Shown piece after piece: positions 63,442 to 64,000 of a DNA stretch of 64,000 bases. Source of the stretch: an uncultured Trueperaceae bacterium (GTDB taxonomy: Bacteria; Deinococcota; Deinococci; Deinococcales; Trueperaceae); contig CAWCXJ010000006.1 of assembly GCA_963799485.1 (NCBI GenBank), positions 416,001 through 480,000 of the forward strand, written 5' to 3'. Numbering within the stretch: position 1 is the first letter of the stretch; every line of letters begins with the position of its first letter. Under the pieces are notes generated by a model that searched no databases, was not told the DNA's origin, and saw nothing but the letters and a program-made list of their open reading frames with translations. The position numbers were made by a program, and so were the translations under genes.

Positions 63442-64000
63442 CCCGGTTCACCCTCGGCTACCTTAGCCCCCCCCACCACGTCGACGACCCGTTGCCGAAT
63501 GGTGTCAATCAGCCCGGGCTGGTCTTGCAGATACGCGGAAGCTTTTTCCTTGCCTTGCCCGATGGTCACCCCGTCGTACTTGTAAAACGAGCCCGACTTC
63601 TGGATGATGTCTAGGTCGCTGGCAATGTTGATCAAATCCCCTACCTTGTCGATGCCGCGCCCGAACATGATCTCGACCTCGGCTTCCTTAAACGGCGGCG
63701 CCACCTTGTTCTTGGTCACCTTGATGCGCGTCTGATTGCCCACCTTGTCGGTTCCCGACTTGACGTCGCCTTTACGCCGGACTTCCATCCGGATCGACGA
63801 GTAGAACTTGAGTGCCCGTCCCCCCGGCGTGGTTTCGGGGTTGCCGTACATCACGCCGATCTTCTCCCGAATCTGGTTGATGAATATCGCGGTGGTGTGA
63901 CTCTTCGATAACACACCGGTCAGCTTCCTGAGCGCTTGACTCATCAAGCGGGCTTGTAACCCTACATGCGTGTCGCCCATCTCGCCTTCGATTTCAGCGC
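63438..64000 (-). CDS. recA: RecA, C-terminal part (partial)
   Basis: [34 protein letters not shown]. Confidence 0.98.
   Translation of the reverse strand, partial: AEIEGEMGDTHVGLQARLMSQALRKLTGVLSKSHTTAIFINQIREKIGVMYGNPETTPGGRALKFYSSIRMEVRRKGDVKSGTDKVGNQTRIKVTKNKVAPPFKEAEVEIMFGRGIDKVGDLINIASDLDIIQKSGSFYKYDGVTIGQGKEKASAYLQDQPGLIDTIRQRVVDVVGGAKVAEGEPG

Overview
A GC-rich (about 60%) bacterial chromosome segment, most likely Deinococcota (Truepera-like). Evidence for that: TAnnnT boxes 5-6 nt before many start codons, a short FtsY, the futalosine-pathway gene mqnB, and recA-rny and prs-rplY-pth synteny. Bases 1-1.9 kb hold the start of the dcw cluster (mraZ, rsmH, ftsL, start of ftsI). About 2.8-28.3 kb is an accessory copper-centred island, almost all on the minus strand. 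It contains copZ-csoR and a divergent copA with CsoR operators, then a 363-aa membrane protein carrying both PmoC copper-site motifs at exact spacing plus a PmoA-like C-terminal half, followed by an exported His1 protein (pmoC-A-B-like order). Next come a rhodanese and a complex I membrane arm only (nuoA-H-J-K-L-M-N). Its NuoA and NuoH have lost the motifs that contact the quinone module, and its NuoJ has a His/Met-rich loop. The island continues with a Csp3-like copper storage protein, two glucose/sorbosone-dehydrogenase-family genes, a two-component system, Met-rich membrane proteins, and a cyanobacterial-type halorhodopsin (TSV motif). The remainder is mostly housekeeping (rqcH, ftsY, gltX, uppP, rplM-rpsI, tgt, proC, sir-cysH, guanidine-III riboswitch with gdx, pth, rplY, prs, rny, recA). 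It also has tRNA-Ala(CGC) with a decayed integrase/IS630/IS3 island and a nested IS200/IS5 scar. The motifs CTCGAG and CCGTAAA/TTTACGG are visibly over-represented. All family assignments come from motif reading and recalled reference sequences, not from database searches.
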